A DNA stretch of 64,000 bases from Sedimentisphaeraceae bacterium JB056 (GTDB lineage Bacteria; Planctomycetota; Phycisphaerae; Sedimentisphaerales; Sedimentisphaeraceae): the NCBI GenBank assembly GCA_044440125.1, contig JBITAJ010000029.1, positions 1 to 64,000 of the forward strand. The letters are read 5' to 3'. The notes under the pieces were generated by a model. That model ran no database searches and was not told the origin of the DNA. It worked only from the letters and a program-made list of their open reading frames with translations. Both the position numbers and the translations under genes were made by a program. This document shows positions 1-7,470 of this stretch, one piece after another. Positions within the stretch are counted from its first letter, which is position 1. Each line of letters begins with the position of its first letter.

Positions 1-32
1 TCGTTTGCATTAAATCCTTTAAGACTTGCCAT
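1..32 (-). CDS. 5' end of a gene running off the window (MASLKGFNAN...), probably a DUF669-like ssDNA-binding protein
   Basis: ATG at 32 with upstream AGGAG, overlapping the Sak4-like stop; N-terminus and position are typical of Sak4-SSB pairs. Confidence 0.5.
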   Translation of the reverse strand, partial: MASLKGFNAN

Positions 33-783
33 CTGTTATTTCTCCTGTGGTTGTGTTAATATTGTTTGAAAAATTCTTTTCAAGTCCCTCTGCTATAGCT
101 GATGTAAAACTATCCCAGCTAAATTCAATCTCAGGCGGCATGGAATAGCGGTTCTTTGCCAATGCTCTTGGTGTTTCAGAAGTGATCAGGATACGAGTAT
201 CCTCGTCAATCTTCTTCGCCAGACATACAAAATCGCTCCACTCGATTATCGCATTCAAGTGTTCATCCGGCAGATCCGGTGCTGTTTTCTCGATTACAAT
301 ACCGTCAATATCAGTAATCTCGGTTCGCTTGGCATGAGCCAGCAATATCACCGCTATACCCTTTGAAATAATCCTGTCAAAAAGCGGCAGTAATATCTGG
401 AAAATATAGTTTTTGAGAACTTGCTTACCATTGCCATATCCGCCATGGCTTCGGTTCAGTGTTGAATCTGTTTTACCGCCAGCACAACCTGAGACGTGCT
501 CCTCGATACGACGAACAAGCCAATCGATTGTGTCGACAACTACCACATGGTATGGATGCTCATCTCTCTCGATAGTCTGCAACCAGGCATGAATTTCAGT
601 CCAGGTGCCCAGGTATGGTGTCCTTACACACGCAATAGTTGCGGCACCATTCTCGCAGTCAATAATTAGCGAGCTGCCAGCTCTGGCAGCAAATGTGCTC
701 TTTCCACATCCTGCCTGACCATAGACAATACCTTTCGGCGGTGATGGTTTAGGGTTAGTAATAAGAGTGTTAAGTAACGTCAT
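19..783 (-). CDS. Phage AAA_24/Sak4-like P-loop ATPase (single-strand annealing recombinase family)
   Basis: Walker A GQAGCGKST, IIDCENG, Walker B VVVDTID, LLAH, AKNRY motifs. Confidence 0.85.
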   Translation of the reverse strand: MTLLNTLITNPKPSPPKGIVYGQAGCGKSTFAARAGSSLIIDCENGAATIACVRTPYLGTWTEIHAWLQTIERDEHPYHVVVVDTIDWLVRRIEEHVSGCAGGKTDSTLNRSHGGYGNGKQVLKNYIFQILLPLFDRIISKGIAVILLAHAKRTEITDIDGIVIEKTAPDLPDEHLNAIIEWSDFVCLAKKIDEDTRILITSETPRALAKNRYSMPPEIEFSWDSFTSAIAEGLEKNFSNNINTTTGEITDGKS

Positions 784-798
784 AGAAATACCTTCTGA

Positions 799-1221
799 TT
801 ATGGGTTAGTTATTTTTTTTGCAGCACTGAACACTTCAGAGAGTTCGGTCAGCTCTGAATATTTGCGTTCAAATGCACGTAACTCGTTTTTTGCTGTTCG
901 TAGTAACTCTTTCAGTCTTTCAGGGTCGCTTATCACATCTTCAATAAGTCGATACCCTCCAGTATCACGGTCACGATCCAAGCTCACATACATCCTGACT
1001 TCTTTGGGTTTTGTTTGGGGCAAAATGACTGTAATACGCCTTATCAAGGCTCTGCATTGTTCAATTCGCCATTTATGTGCCGCTGTAGTATCGTTCCAGT
1101 CAAATTCATCATGTAGTGGATTCGATTTTTCTTTTGCCTTTTCGACAACAACTTCAGGAAGCAACAAGCCTCCGTTTTCTTCTGCTATTCGTCGCAGCTC
1201 ATTTGTTTTTTCCGGTTTCAT
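799..1221 (-). CDS. Phage-type hypothetical protein, candidate accessory protein of the RAMP/array locus
   Basis: 140 aa with RBS (AGAAAGGG); SNPLHDEFDWND..AA..WR motif; directly downstream of array 1. Confidence 0.75.
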   Translation of the reverse strand: MKPEKTNELRRIAEENGGLLLPEVVVEKAKEKSNPLHDEFDWNDTTAAHKWRIEQCRALIRRITVILPQTKPKEVRMYVSLDRDRDTGGYRLIEDVISDPERLKELLRTAKNELRAFERKYSELTELSEVFSAAKKITNP

Positions 1222-1252
1222 TAAATCCCTTTCTGTATGTAAAATATTTAAT

Positions 1253-1374
1253 GCCTGCCGTACCTTGTCATGCCTGGCCTATCCACGCCTATCTTTGCCT
1301 TGAAAAGCCACTCCTGCCATGCATTGTCTCACCACGCAGTTCGATACCCCGTCTCGCCATGCCTCGCCTGCCAT
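1253..1374 (-). repeat. Array 1: 5-nt-periodic NN+GGY-like repeat with two full units (10 and 11 pentamers) delimited by GCAGG; putative guide RNAs
   Basis: Minus strand: ATGGC AGGC GAGGC ATGGC GAGAC GGGGT ATCGA ACTGC GTGGT GAGAC AATGC ATGGC AGGA GTGGC TTTTC AAGGC AAAGA TAGGC GTGGA TAGGC CAGGC ATGAC AAGGT ACGGC AGGC. Confidence 0.9.
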
Positions 1375-1377
1375 GTA

Positions 1378-2013
1378 TTAAACAATATCAAATAGTCCCC
1401 AACCCATACCAGCGGATTGCTTACTGTCTGGGCGACCTTCACCAACACCAACCTGTTGCCCAACTCTTAATAGCAGGTTTGCTATGTCCGAATTATCAAA
1501 CTGATCAGCATCCCAGCGAACGGTAACAACTGCTTCCCAACCGGCATCCCACATCGCTCTTGCCCGAAGATCACACACACCTGAAGCGATACGGACATGG
1601 CTCTCGTGATACCTCGGCTCACCCTTTGTAATCTTGACCAGAGGCGTCCCATCGTCCTTATCGAAACCATCTGGCAAAACAAAAACAGATAATTTGGCCT
1701 TTGTCATCGTGAACCCTGCAACCCGGCACGCACTGATCATCGCATTGCGAAATGCCGGAGCGGGGATTCCACACCAACCCTCTGGTGTCTTGTGTTGAGA
1801 CTGTTCAAAGCAGGCATCAAAATCTTTAGATTCTTTCTTGGTTCTATTCTTTGATTTAGAACCGGCTTCTTGCGCTGCGTGCATCTGTTCTTTGGCTTTT
1901 TTACTGAACTTGTTCTGCACATAGGGAGCTGTCCCACGAATTTTGAATTGTGCAACTTTTAAGTTTGGCGGGGCTATTACTGCCGACTCTATAATTTGTT
2001 GTTTGTTTGACAT
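1378..2013 (-). CDS. Stand-alone RAMP/Cas7-like protein (VIPR-like effector candidate)
   Basis: N-terminal strand FKIRGTAPY; GIPAPAFRNAM resembles the RAMP IPGSSLKGA motif; C-terminal Gly-rich loop GVGEGRP...GMGWGLF; flanked by periodic arrays. Confidence 0.75.
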   Translation of the reverse strand: MSNKQQIIESAVIAPPNLKVAQFKIRGTAPYVQNKFSKKAKEQMHAAQEAGSKSKNRTKKESKDFDACFEQSQHKTPEGWCGIPAPAFRNAMISACRVAGFTMTKAKLSVFVLPDGFDKDDGTPLVKITKGEPRYHESHVRIASGVCDLRARAMWDAGWEAVVTVRWDADQFDNSDIANLLLRVGQQVGVGEGRPDSKQSAGMGWGLFDIV

Positions 2014-2042
2014 TCTTTACCTTTCTGAATTAATTATGTGTA

Positions 2043-2064
2043 AAAGTCGGAAACCACCGACTTT
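2043..2064 (-). other. 8-bp hairpin between array 2 and the RAMP-like gene
   Basis: Minus strand AAAGTCGG-TGGTTT-CCGACTTT. Confidence 0.6.
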
Positions 2065-2092
2065 GGTTGAGGGTCGCTCCCCTTTATTTAAC

Positions 2093-2196
2093 ATCTTACT
2101 TTATCAGGTCTCGTCACGCCAAGCCTGCCTCGCCTTGCCGGGCATCGCTTTGTCTTGCCTCGTCACGTCGCGTCATACCATTCCTGCTTTGCTGTG
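2093..2196 (-). repeat. Array 2: 5-nt-periodic NN+GGY/GAC repeat with one full 11-pentamer unit plus partial units
   Basis: Minus strand: ACAGC AAAGC AGGA ATGGT ATGAC GCGAC GTGAC GAGGC AAGAC AAAGC GATGC CCGGC AAGGC GAGGC AGGC TTGGC GTGAC GAGAC CTGAT AAAGT AAGAT. Confidence 0.88.
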
Positions 2197-2994
2197 CTAA
2201 AATAAATCAAGAATCCGGACATCTTCAAATCGTGTCGGCCACAAATCTGACTCGATACAGTTCTTGAGCTCTTCAATATGCTGCTCGTTCTCATGCTGAG
2301 CTTCATCGAGTGCCATCTCCGATATCTTCCATACGCCGCATCGGAACGGCTCTCGTTTCTCGATAGCGACGATGTGAACGTCAGCTTGGATCCCGGATGC
2401 TTCTTTGAGTACTGCTCGATAGAAAGCAAGCTGGCTTATATAGCCGTACCGCCTCGCATCGAACTCAAATTTATCGAGCGAGTCGCAGGTTTTAAGATCA
2501 GCTATTCCTTTTTCGGGATTAAAGTAATCCATCCTGATCTGAGAAGGCAGTCCGCAATAATCAACACGGCAAACGCCTTCGGCGAAGCCTCCGGTTATCA
2601 ATGCGGGAGCAATTGGATGAGTTAAGACCTGATTCTGCATAAATTCAAGGGTAACAAGCTCTTCGCTGCTGATAACCGGCTTGCCAATCTCATCTGCCCA
2701 TGCAGCAAAGGCCTTGGTATTGGAGCCAAAGGGCTTGCCGGTTTTGGGATTTACAGGTCCGCCTACTGCATACTCATCCTCAAAAACTTCTCTTCCCTCA
2801 AGTATCAAGGTATGAGCGGCTCTGCCAAAGCTATAGCATTGCGAATCCCTGTCTTTAATAAGCCCGGTGAGTTTCTTAAAATACATAAGAGGACAATTAA
2901 TGAATTCGATAAGCTGATGGCTCGATAAATTCTCCTTAGCTTGCCAGTGGTAATAATCTGCCGGTTCTTCAATCAAATAATGAAATTTCTGCAT
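2197..2994 (-). CDS. PD-(D/E)xK nuclease, DUF3799/exonuclease VIII (RecE)-like
   Basis: LSSHQL, FGRAAH, RMD...ADLKT, Y..QLAFY, AIEK.EP motifs; start moved to ATG 2994 (RBS AAGGA). Confidence 0.85.
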   Translation of the reverse strand: MQKFHYLIEEPADYYHWQAKENLSSHQLIEFINCPLMYFKKLTGLIKDRDSQCYSFGRAAHTLILEGREVFEDEYAVGGPVNPKTGKPFGSNTKAFAAWADEIGKPVISSEELVTLEFMQNQVLTHPIAPALITGGFAEGVCRVDYCGLPSQIRMDYFNPEKGIADLKTCDSLDKFEFDARRYGYISQLAFYRAVLKEASGIQADVHIVAIEKREPFRCGVWKISEMALDEAQHENEQHIEELKNCIESDLWPTRFEDVRILDLF

Positions 2995-3027
2995 TGTGAT
3001 TCCTTTTAATAATATCGCCTTAGTAAA

Positions 3028-3057
3028 ATACATACCGTGTGAAACTCAAAAGTGTCA
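3028..3057 (-). promoter_or_regulatory. Putative element-specific promoter TGACAC-N15-GGTATGTAT
   Basis: Same motif and spacing recur at 23243-23272; both lie upstream of minus-strand element operons. Confidence 0.55.
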
Positions 3058-3570
3058 GATGTTTTCCATATAGATTTCAAGCCCGTTTTCCTTAAATGCT
3101 TTGCGAAGAGGATTTATGACTCTGTAATAAAAAGTTGATCTTTTAACTCCTGCTTTCTTCGCCGCATGGGTTATTCTTTCACTGCGGGCCAGTAATCTGC
3201 AGCCTTCCTGAAGCTCAGGGGTAAGAGAATTAACTGTTTCCTGAACATCTATCTGAAGTTGCAGGGACCGGCAATCATCGTTTTTATCAATGAAGTCATT
3301 GAAGATTCTCCCTGTTTCAGTAAAAGATCTGCATTTTTGCTCGGTTTTTCTGCGCGAGAGAATGTCAGATATTTTCTTCTGAAGTATGCATTGAACAAAT
3401 GTTGAAGTTTTGCCTTTTTCCGGATCATAGCTCTCTGCCTTTTTGAGAAGTTCCAGATAAAGCTCCTGCTCAATATCCTCTAAATCATTAATCCCTATTC
3501 CGCATCTGCCAAGAAGCAAAGATGCCTTTGTAGAAACAATCTTTCTGATGTAATCATCAATTTCAATCAT
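3055..3570 (-). CDS. Sigma-70/ECF-like sigma factor or regulator
   Basis: Region-2-like DLEDIEQEL...YDPEKG..STF; C-terminal HTH (ITHAAKKAGVKRSTFY). Confidence 0.7.
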   Translation of the reverse strand: MIEIDDYIRKIVSTKASLLLGRCGIGINDLEDIEQELYLELLKKAESYDPEKGKTSTFVQCILQKKISDILSRRKTEQKCRSFTETGRIFNDFIDKNDDCRSLQLQIDVQETVNSLTPELQEGCRLLARSERITHAAKKAGVKRSTFYYRVINPLRKAFKENGLEIYMENI

Positions 3571-3862
3571 AGCGTTCTTTCTTTCAATATGTCTGCACGA
3601 ATTTGCAAAACCTGTTATTTTAATCTAACTAAAACAGCCGTTTTACCTTTATTGAGCTCTCAGTTATTAATGTCGAAATTTCACGCTGATAGCTTTGGAA
3701 TTTTAAGCAGTAACATGGTCGGCAATGCTAAGGCGTTGTTATTTATAGTTTTGCAAAAAATAATAAATTTGAATATTTTTTGTTTTTTGCTGATTCTGAA
3801 AACGAAATTTCACGCAGTGAATTTTCACAGATTAAAATTCATGCAAATTATCTCTTAGACTA

Positions 3863-3890
3863 TTGACCTTTATTATAGAAGGTCTATAAT
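3863..3890 (+). promoter_or_regulatory. Sigma70 promoter of the repressor gene, overlapped by an inverted repeat (candidate operator)
   Basis: TTGACC-N16-TATAAT; GACCTT-N8-AAGGTC at 3865-3884. Confidence 0.6.
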
Positions 3891-3923
3891 AAAGACATGA
3901 TTACTTAGCAAAAGGAAAAGACT

Positions 3924-4544
3924 ATGGCAAAGAAGAAGCTGGCAATCACCAAACCTCAGAAGCAGGCATTGATAGAAATATGCCGCTTTATTGACGAAAA
4001 TGGTTATCCGCCTACTATAAAAGAGCTTGCAGATAACTTTAATATCGCCGCCCCCAGCATGAAAGACAGGCTTACTCATCTCATTAACAAGGGATATATA
4101 TCCATGAAAGCCAATAAAGGGCGAAGTATTAAGGTTCTTAAAAGACCGGCAGATCTGCCCAGGCAGATGATAATGATACCTGTTATAGGTGTTGTTGCCG
4201 CAGGTCATCCGATAATGGCTGAAGAAAATATTATCGGTGAGCTAATGGTAGAAGAGAATATTGTAGCACATGGAGAATATTTTGCGTTGAAAGTCTGCGG
4301 CAAAAGTATGGTGTGTGCGGGGATTAAAGACGGCTCTTTGATCATAGTCAAACGACAGATCTTAGCGGCAAACGGTGAAATTGTGATAGCTCTTCTAAAT
4401 GGCGAGGTTACTGTTAAAAGATTACTGATTAATGATTTAGGAATCAAACTCTTGCCGGAAAACCCTGAAATGGAGCCTATCGCAATAGACTATGATGATG
4501 ATTTAAAGATAATTGGTAAAGTAGTTGCCTGTAGAAACATATAA
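3924..4544 (+). CDS. lexA: LexA-family repressor (element-borne)
   Basis: wHTH GYPPTIKEL, cleavage site VAAG.P, catalytic G.SM and VTVKR. Confidence 0.9.
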   Translation: MAKKKLAITKPQKQALIEICRFIDENGYPPTIKELADNFNIAAPSMKDRLTHLINKGYISMKANKGRSIKVLKRPADLPRQMIMIPVIGVVAAGHPIMAEENIIGELMVEENIVAHGEYFALKVCGKSMVCAGIKDGSLIIVKRQILAANGEIVIALLNGEVTVKRLLINDLGIKLLPENPEMEPIAIDYDDDLKIIGKVVACRNI

Positions 4545-5463
4545 GAACACTGATGGGTTGAACCGACCTCTGGGCTATTGCAGCATGTCAAACCTAAGCC
4601 TTTTCAGGACAGAGGAGTTGCATCAGATGGAAATTAAAGAGCAGGAAGGTTTAGATTGGAAATTAAGAGCACATTCAGCAGCACAAATATACAAAAGGTT
4701 TGAGAGTTTTGAGCCGGGATTGTTGACCGAGTTGATCAAGAATCTTCATCTGTGGGCATCAATCTTACCGCAGGTATATGATGATATCGGGATATACCAT
4801 CCGGTAAACAGTTCCGGGCTCTCACCTGAGGTTACTGAGCTTTCTGCGATAATCGATGAGCTGATATTAAACGGCAGTGATCAATTGGCTAACTGCCTGC
4901 AAAACAAGCTTCAGAGCCTACAGGAATCAGCGTCTATGCTTGATCAGGTATATCCGATTCATACAAATACTCAGCGTTTTGAAGAATTGAGACTCACCGA
5001 TATATGCCAGAGAAAGGCTGAGCTGTTGTGCAGCTATCTCTATAAGCTCAAAGAGAGGTTATTTGAGATAGCTTCCAGTGAAAAGATAGACTTACCAGAC
5101 CAGAAGCAGGAAAAAATGTCACTATCCGAGGTTCCTTGGGAGGACATTGAAATATGCTTTATAGACGGTCATACCGTTTCTATAAAAGCGGATAATAAAT
5201 CCCAGATCTATACGTATGTTCAAATGTCAATGTCCAGTAAACACAACGGACACCCGACCAAACAGTGGCTGCTGCTCGAAGCCTTTGCCCAGACCGGCGG
5301 CAGGATAAGCTGGAAAGACCCGCAGTCTAATACGAATCTGCGAAAACAAAAACAGCTTCTTTCGAGAATCCTGAAAGATTTCTTCTGCAAAGAAACTGAC
5401 CCTATCGATTGGCTCAGAGAGCAGAAATGCTATTGCTGCAGGTTTGGGATATCAATCAGATAA
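4525..5463 (+). CDS. Hypothetical protein, possible C-terminal winged-helix domain; start uncertain
   Basis: 312-aa ORF following lexA. Confidence 0.65.
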   Translation: MPVETYKNTDGLNRPLGYCSMSNLSLFRTEELHQMEIKEQEGLDWKLRAHSAAQIYKRFESFEPGLLTELIKNLHLWASILPQVYDDIGIYHPVNSSGLSPEVTELSAIIDELILNGSDQLANCLQNKLQSLQESASMLDQVYPIHTNTQRFEELRLTDICQRKAELLCSYLYKLKERLFEIASSEKIDLPDQKQEKMSLSEVPWEDIEICFIDGHTVSIKADNKSQIYTYVQMSMSSKHNGHPTKQWLLLEAFAQTGGRISWKDPQSNTNLRKQKQLLSRILKDFFCKETDPIDWLREQKCYCCRFGISIR

Positions 5464-5481
5464 TCATTTATTATAAGCGAA

Positions 5482-7470
5482 TCAGTTTCCAAAAGTACAC
5501 TTTAGTAATTTACCAGAGTCATCACGTCCGTGAAGTCTTAAACGAACAAAAGGTCTTTGATTGATTTCAGTTAGCGGTTGAGATGTCGTTGTAAGGATGT
5601 ATTGAAAACTAATATTATTGTCGTCTTTGTGACACATCTCAATATCTCGCACAAAACGTAAGATTGAATAATATAGCTCATCCTCGCTGTCTGCTTGCCG
5701 AGGACTGTCATGTATAAGCAACCTTGGCATATAACCAACTCCACAAATAGATGCAGCCAGGCATGCTAAATCGTAGCTTAATACATCAGCGTAAGTCCTA
5801 AGTGTTGTTCCAGAATCAGATACTACATTACTGGGTTTGGGGCGTATTCCTTTCCCATCAATTATAATTTCTCCACTGGCATCAGGGGCGACTATTTTCT
5901 GTAATACCAAGGAATAGTATTTTGAAAGGCGTTTTCTTTCTTTATTCATTTTTGATCGATATTTATTTTGTACGACTAATGAATCTGATATTTTTTTCTT
6001 AGTACTCTCGTGATCATTTTTATATTTATCCAGTTGTGACCATGCTGCACGGTATTGCTTGGCTTGTTTAGATCTTGTCTCCCATAGAGAAATCTTCTGA
6101 TTAACATTATCTCTCTTAATTATCAGATTGCTTTCCAGATCCTTTTGGATATGCTTGTTTTTGCCTATCTCTGATTTTATTTCGTTTTGTCTTTCATTGA
6201 GCCAAACTAACCTTATATTCAATGCTGTTAGTTCAGACCTTATCTCTCTTACGATTCTTTTTCTTTCGGGATCAACAATCTCGTGGTTTTGTATGTCTTT
6301 TCCAGGACATCCTGCATTCATTGCCTTTTCTTTTTTATCAAAGAACAAGCAACGCCATCTTGCACTTAATAGGTCTTTTATAAGAGCATCATCATCTTGT
6401 TTTTCTTTTTGTTCAAGCTCGACTTGTTTTAATTTCATGCTATTTTTTTTGTCATTAATTTCCGCTTCAATAGCACCATTTTCTTTAGTCAAATCCTCTA
6501 TTTTTTTTCTGATATCACATATCTCTGCATATTTAGAAAAGTCAGGGTCTCCAAGCAATCTTTTAAGACTCTGTATTTTTTCGTCTGCAATCTCCTTAAG
6601 CATTTCGCCAAATAATTCACCATGAATAGCGTCTTTAACTTCCTCTATTGAATTACGGAGCTGAATTTCCGTCTCATTAATGAAATTTTCATATCGTTTA
6701 GCATCTCGTTCAAAACGGTCTCTATCAATCAATAATTTACGATGAATTCCCATTTGTGATGTTTCTTCAGGATGTAAAAGCCCTAAAGCCATTTTCATTA
6801 CCAAATAAGCATCTTCTCGAGTAAGCACTCTGGAACCTGCTTGAGCATCAGTGATTCGCCAGTCTGCATGATGAGCAAAATGACAATCCTGATCTCTGCT
6901 CAGCCATCCCAATAAATCTTGCCAACAAGCTTTTCTATAATCAGCATGCGGCAAACCAATATCAGCGTAACAGTTTTGGGTTGCTTTATTAATGGCATTT
7001 AGAAATATTTCATATTTGAGACGTGAATCTTTGCGTAACAACTCATTCAATCTATTTGACTTTATGCACCATGAACAAACGTGGCCGGATTCAAGACCAA
7101 GTGGACGAGCAACACTCCAAGTTTGTTTATCCACTCTAATTTGCGCCAATACATAAGCATGTTCCAATTTGTTTGTAATTGCACTTCGTAATGTATCTGT
7201 GCAGTATCTTTTTTCACCAAGACAATACCGAATTATGCGAACCAATAAGGATTTCCCGACACTATGCCCAACCGTATGCACATCGCGAGATGTTCGTTTT
7301 TCAGTACATATAAGATTTAACCCACGTTTAAATCTTATTTTGCGAATGACTCGTATAGGCTTTTCAGTGCTTTCAATTATAACAAGCTTTTTGATCCAAA
7401 TTGCAGGTTCATCAAAATTACAAACCGGCTCTATAAATCCTTCAGGAAAAAGAAAATTCGATCTCTGCAT
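5482..7470 (-). CDS. SMC-like ABC ATPase of ABC-three-component/Lamassu (LmuB-like) type
   Basis: Walker A GHSVGKS, long coiled coil with C-x14-C, C-terminal LIHDSPR and FQYILTT; ATG at 7470. Confidence 0.75.
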   Translation of the reverse strand: MQRSNFLFPEGFIEPVCNFDEPAIWIKKLVIIESTEKPIRVIRKIRFKRGLNLICTEKRTSRDVHTVGHSVGKSLLVRIIRYCLGEKRYCTDTLRSAITNKLEHAYVLAQIRVDKQTWSVARPLGLESGHVCSWCIKSNRLNELLRKDSRLKYEIFLNAINKATQNCYADIGLPHADYRKACWQDLLGWLSRDQDCHFAHHADWRITDAQAGSRVLTREDAYLVMKMALGLLHPEETSQMGIHRKLLIDRDRFERDAKRYENFINETEIQLRNSIEEVKDAIHGELFGEMLKEIADEKIQSLKRLLGDPDFSKYAEICDIRKKIEDLTKENGAIEAEINDKKNSMKLKQVELEQKEKQDDDALIKDLLSARWRCLFFDKKEKAMNAGCPGKDIQNHEIVDPERKRIVREIRSELTALNIRLVWLNERQNEIKSEIGKNKHIQKDLESNLIIKRDNVNQKISLWETRSKQAKQYRAAWSQLDKYKNDHESTKKKISDSLVVQNKYRSKMNKERKRLSKYYSLVLQKIVAPDASGEIIIDGKGIRPKPSNVVSDSGTTLRTYADVLSYDLACLAASICGVGYMPRLLIHDSPRQADSEDELYYSILRFVRDIEMCHKDDNNISFQYILTTTSQPLTEINQRPFVRLRLHGRDDSGKLLKCTFGN

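Noticed and set aside
1116..1526. 136-aa plus-strand ORF, and ORFs 767-1303, 1943-2200, 2067-2267, 2163-2429
   Set aside because: Antisense or off-frame to real genes; their Pro/Cys/Leu-rich content is a by-product of the arrays
2093..2122. Target for the partial fourth unit (TT GT GA CT AA AA)
   Set aside because: Fits two exonuclease sites (IEELKN 10/12, IADLKT 9/12); too short and degenerate to assign
1253..2196. Canonical CRISPR array or simple microsatellite
   Set aside because: No 23-50 bp repeats with unique spacers; variation is confined to fixed pentamer positions and decodes to gene sequence, unlike slippage repeats
286..2373. PAM-like motif beside the three matched sites
   Set aside because: Upstream triplets differ (ACT, CAA, CAC) and these are imperfect self sites
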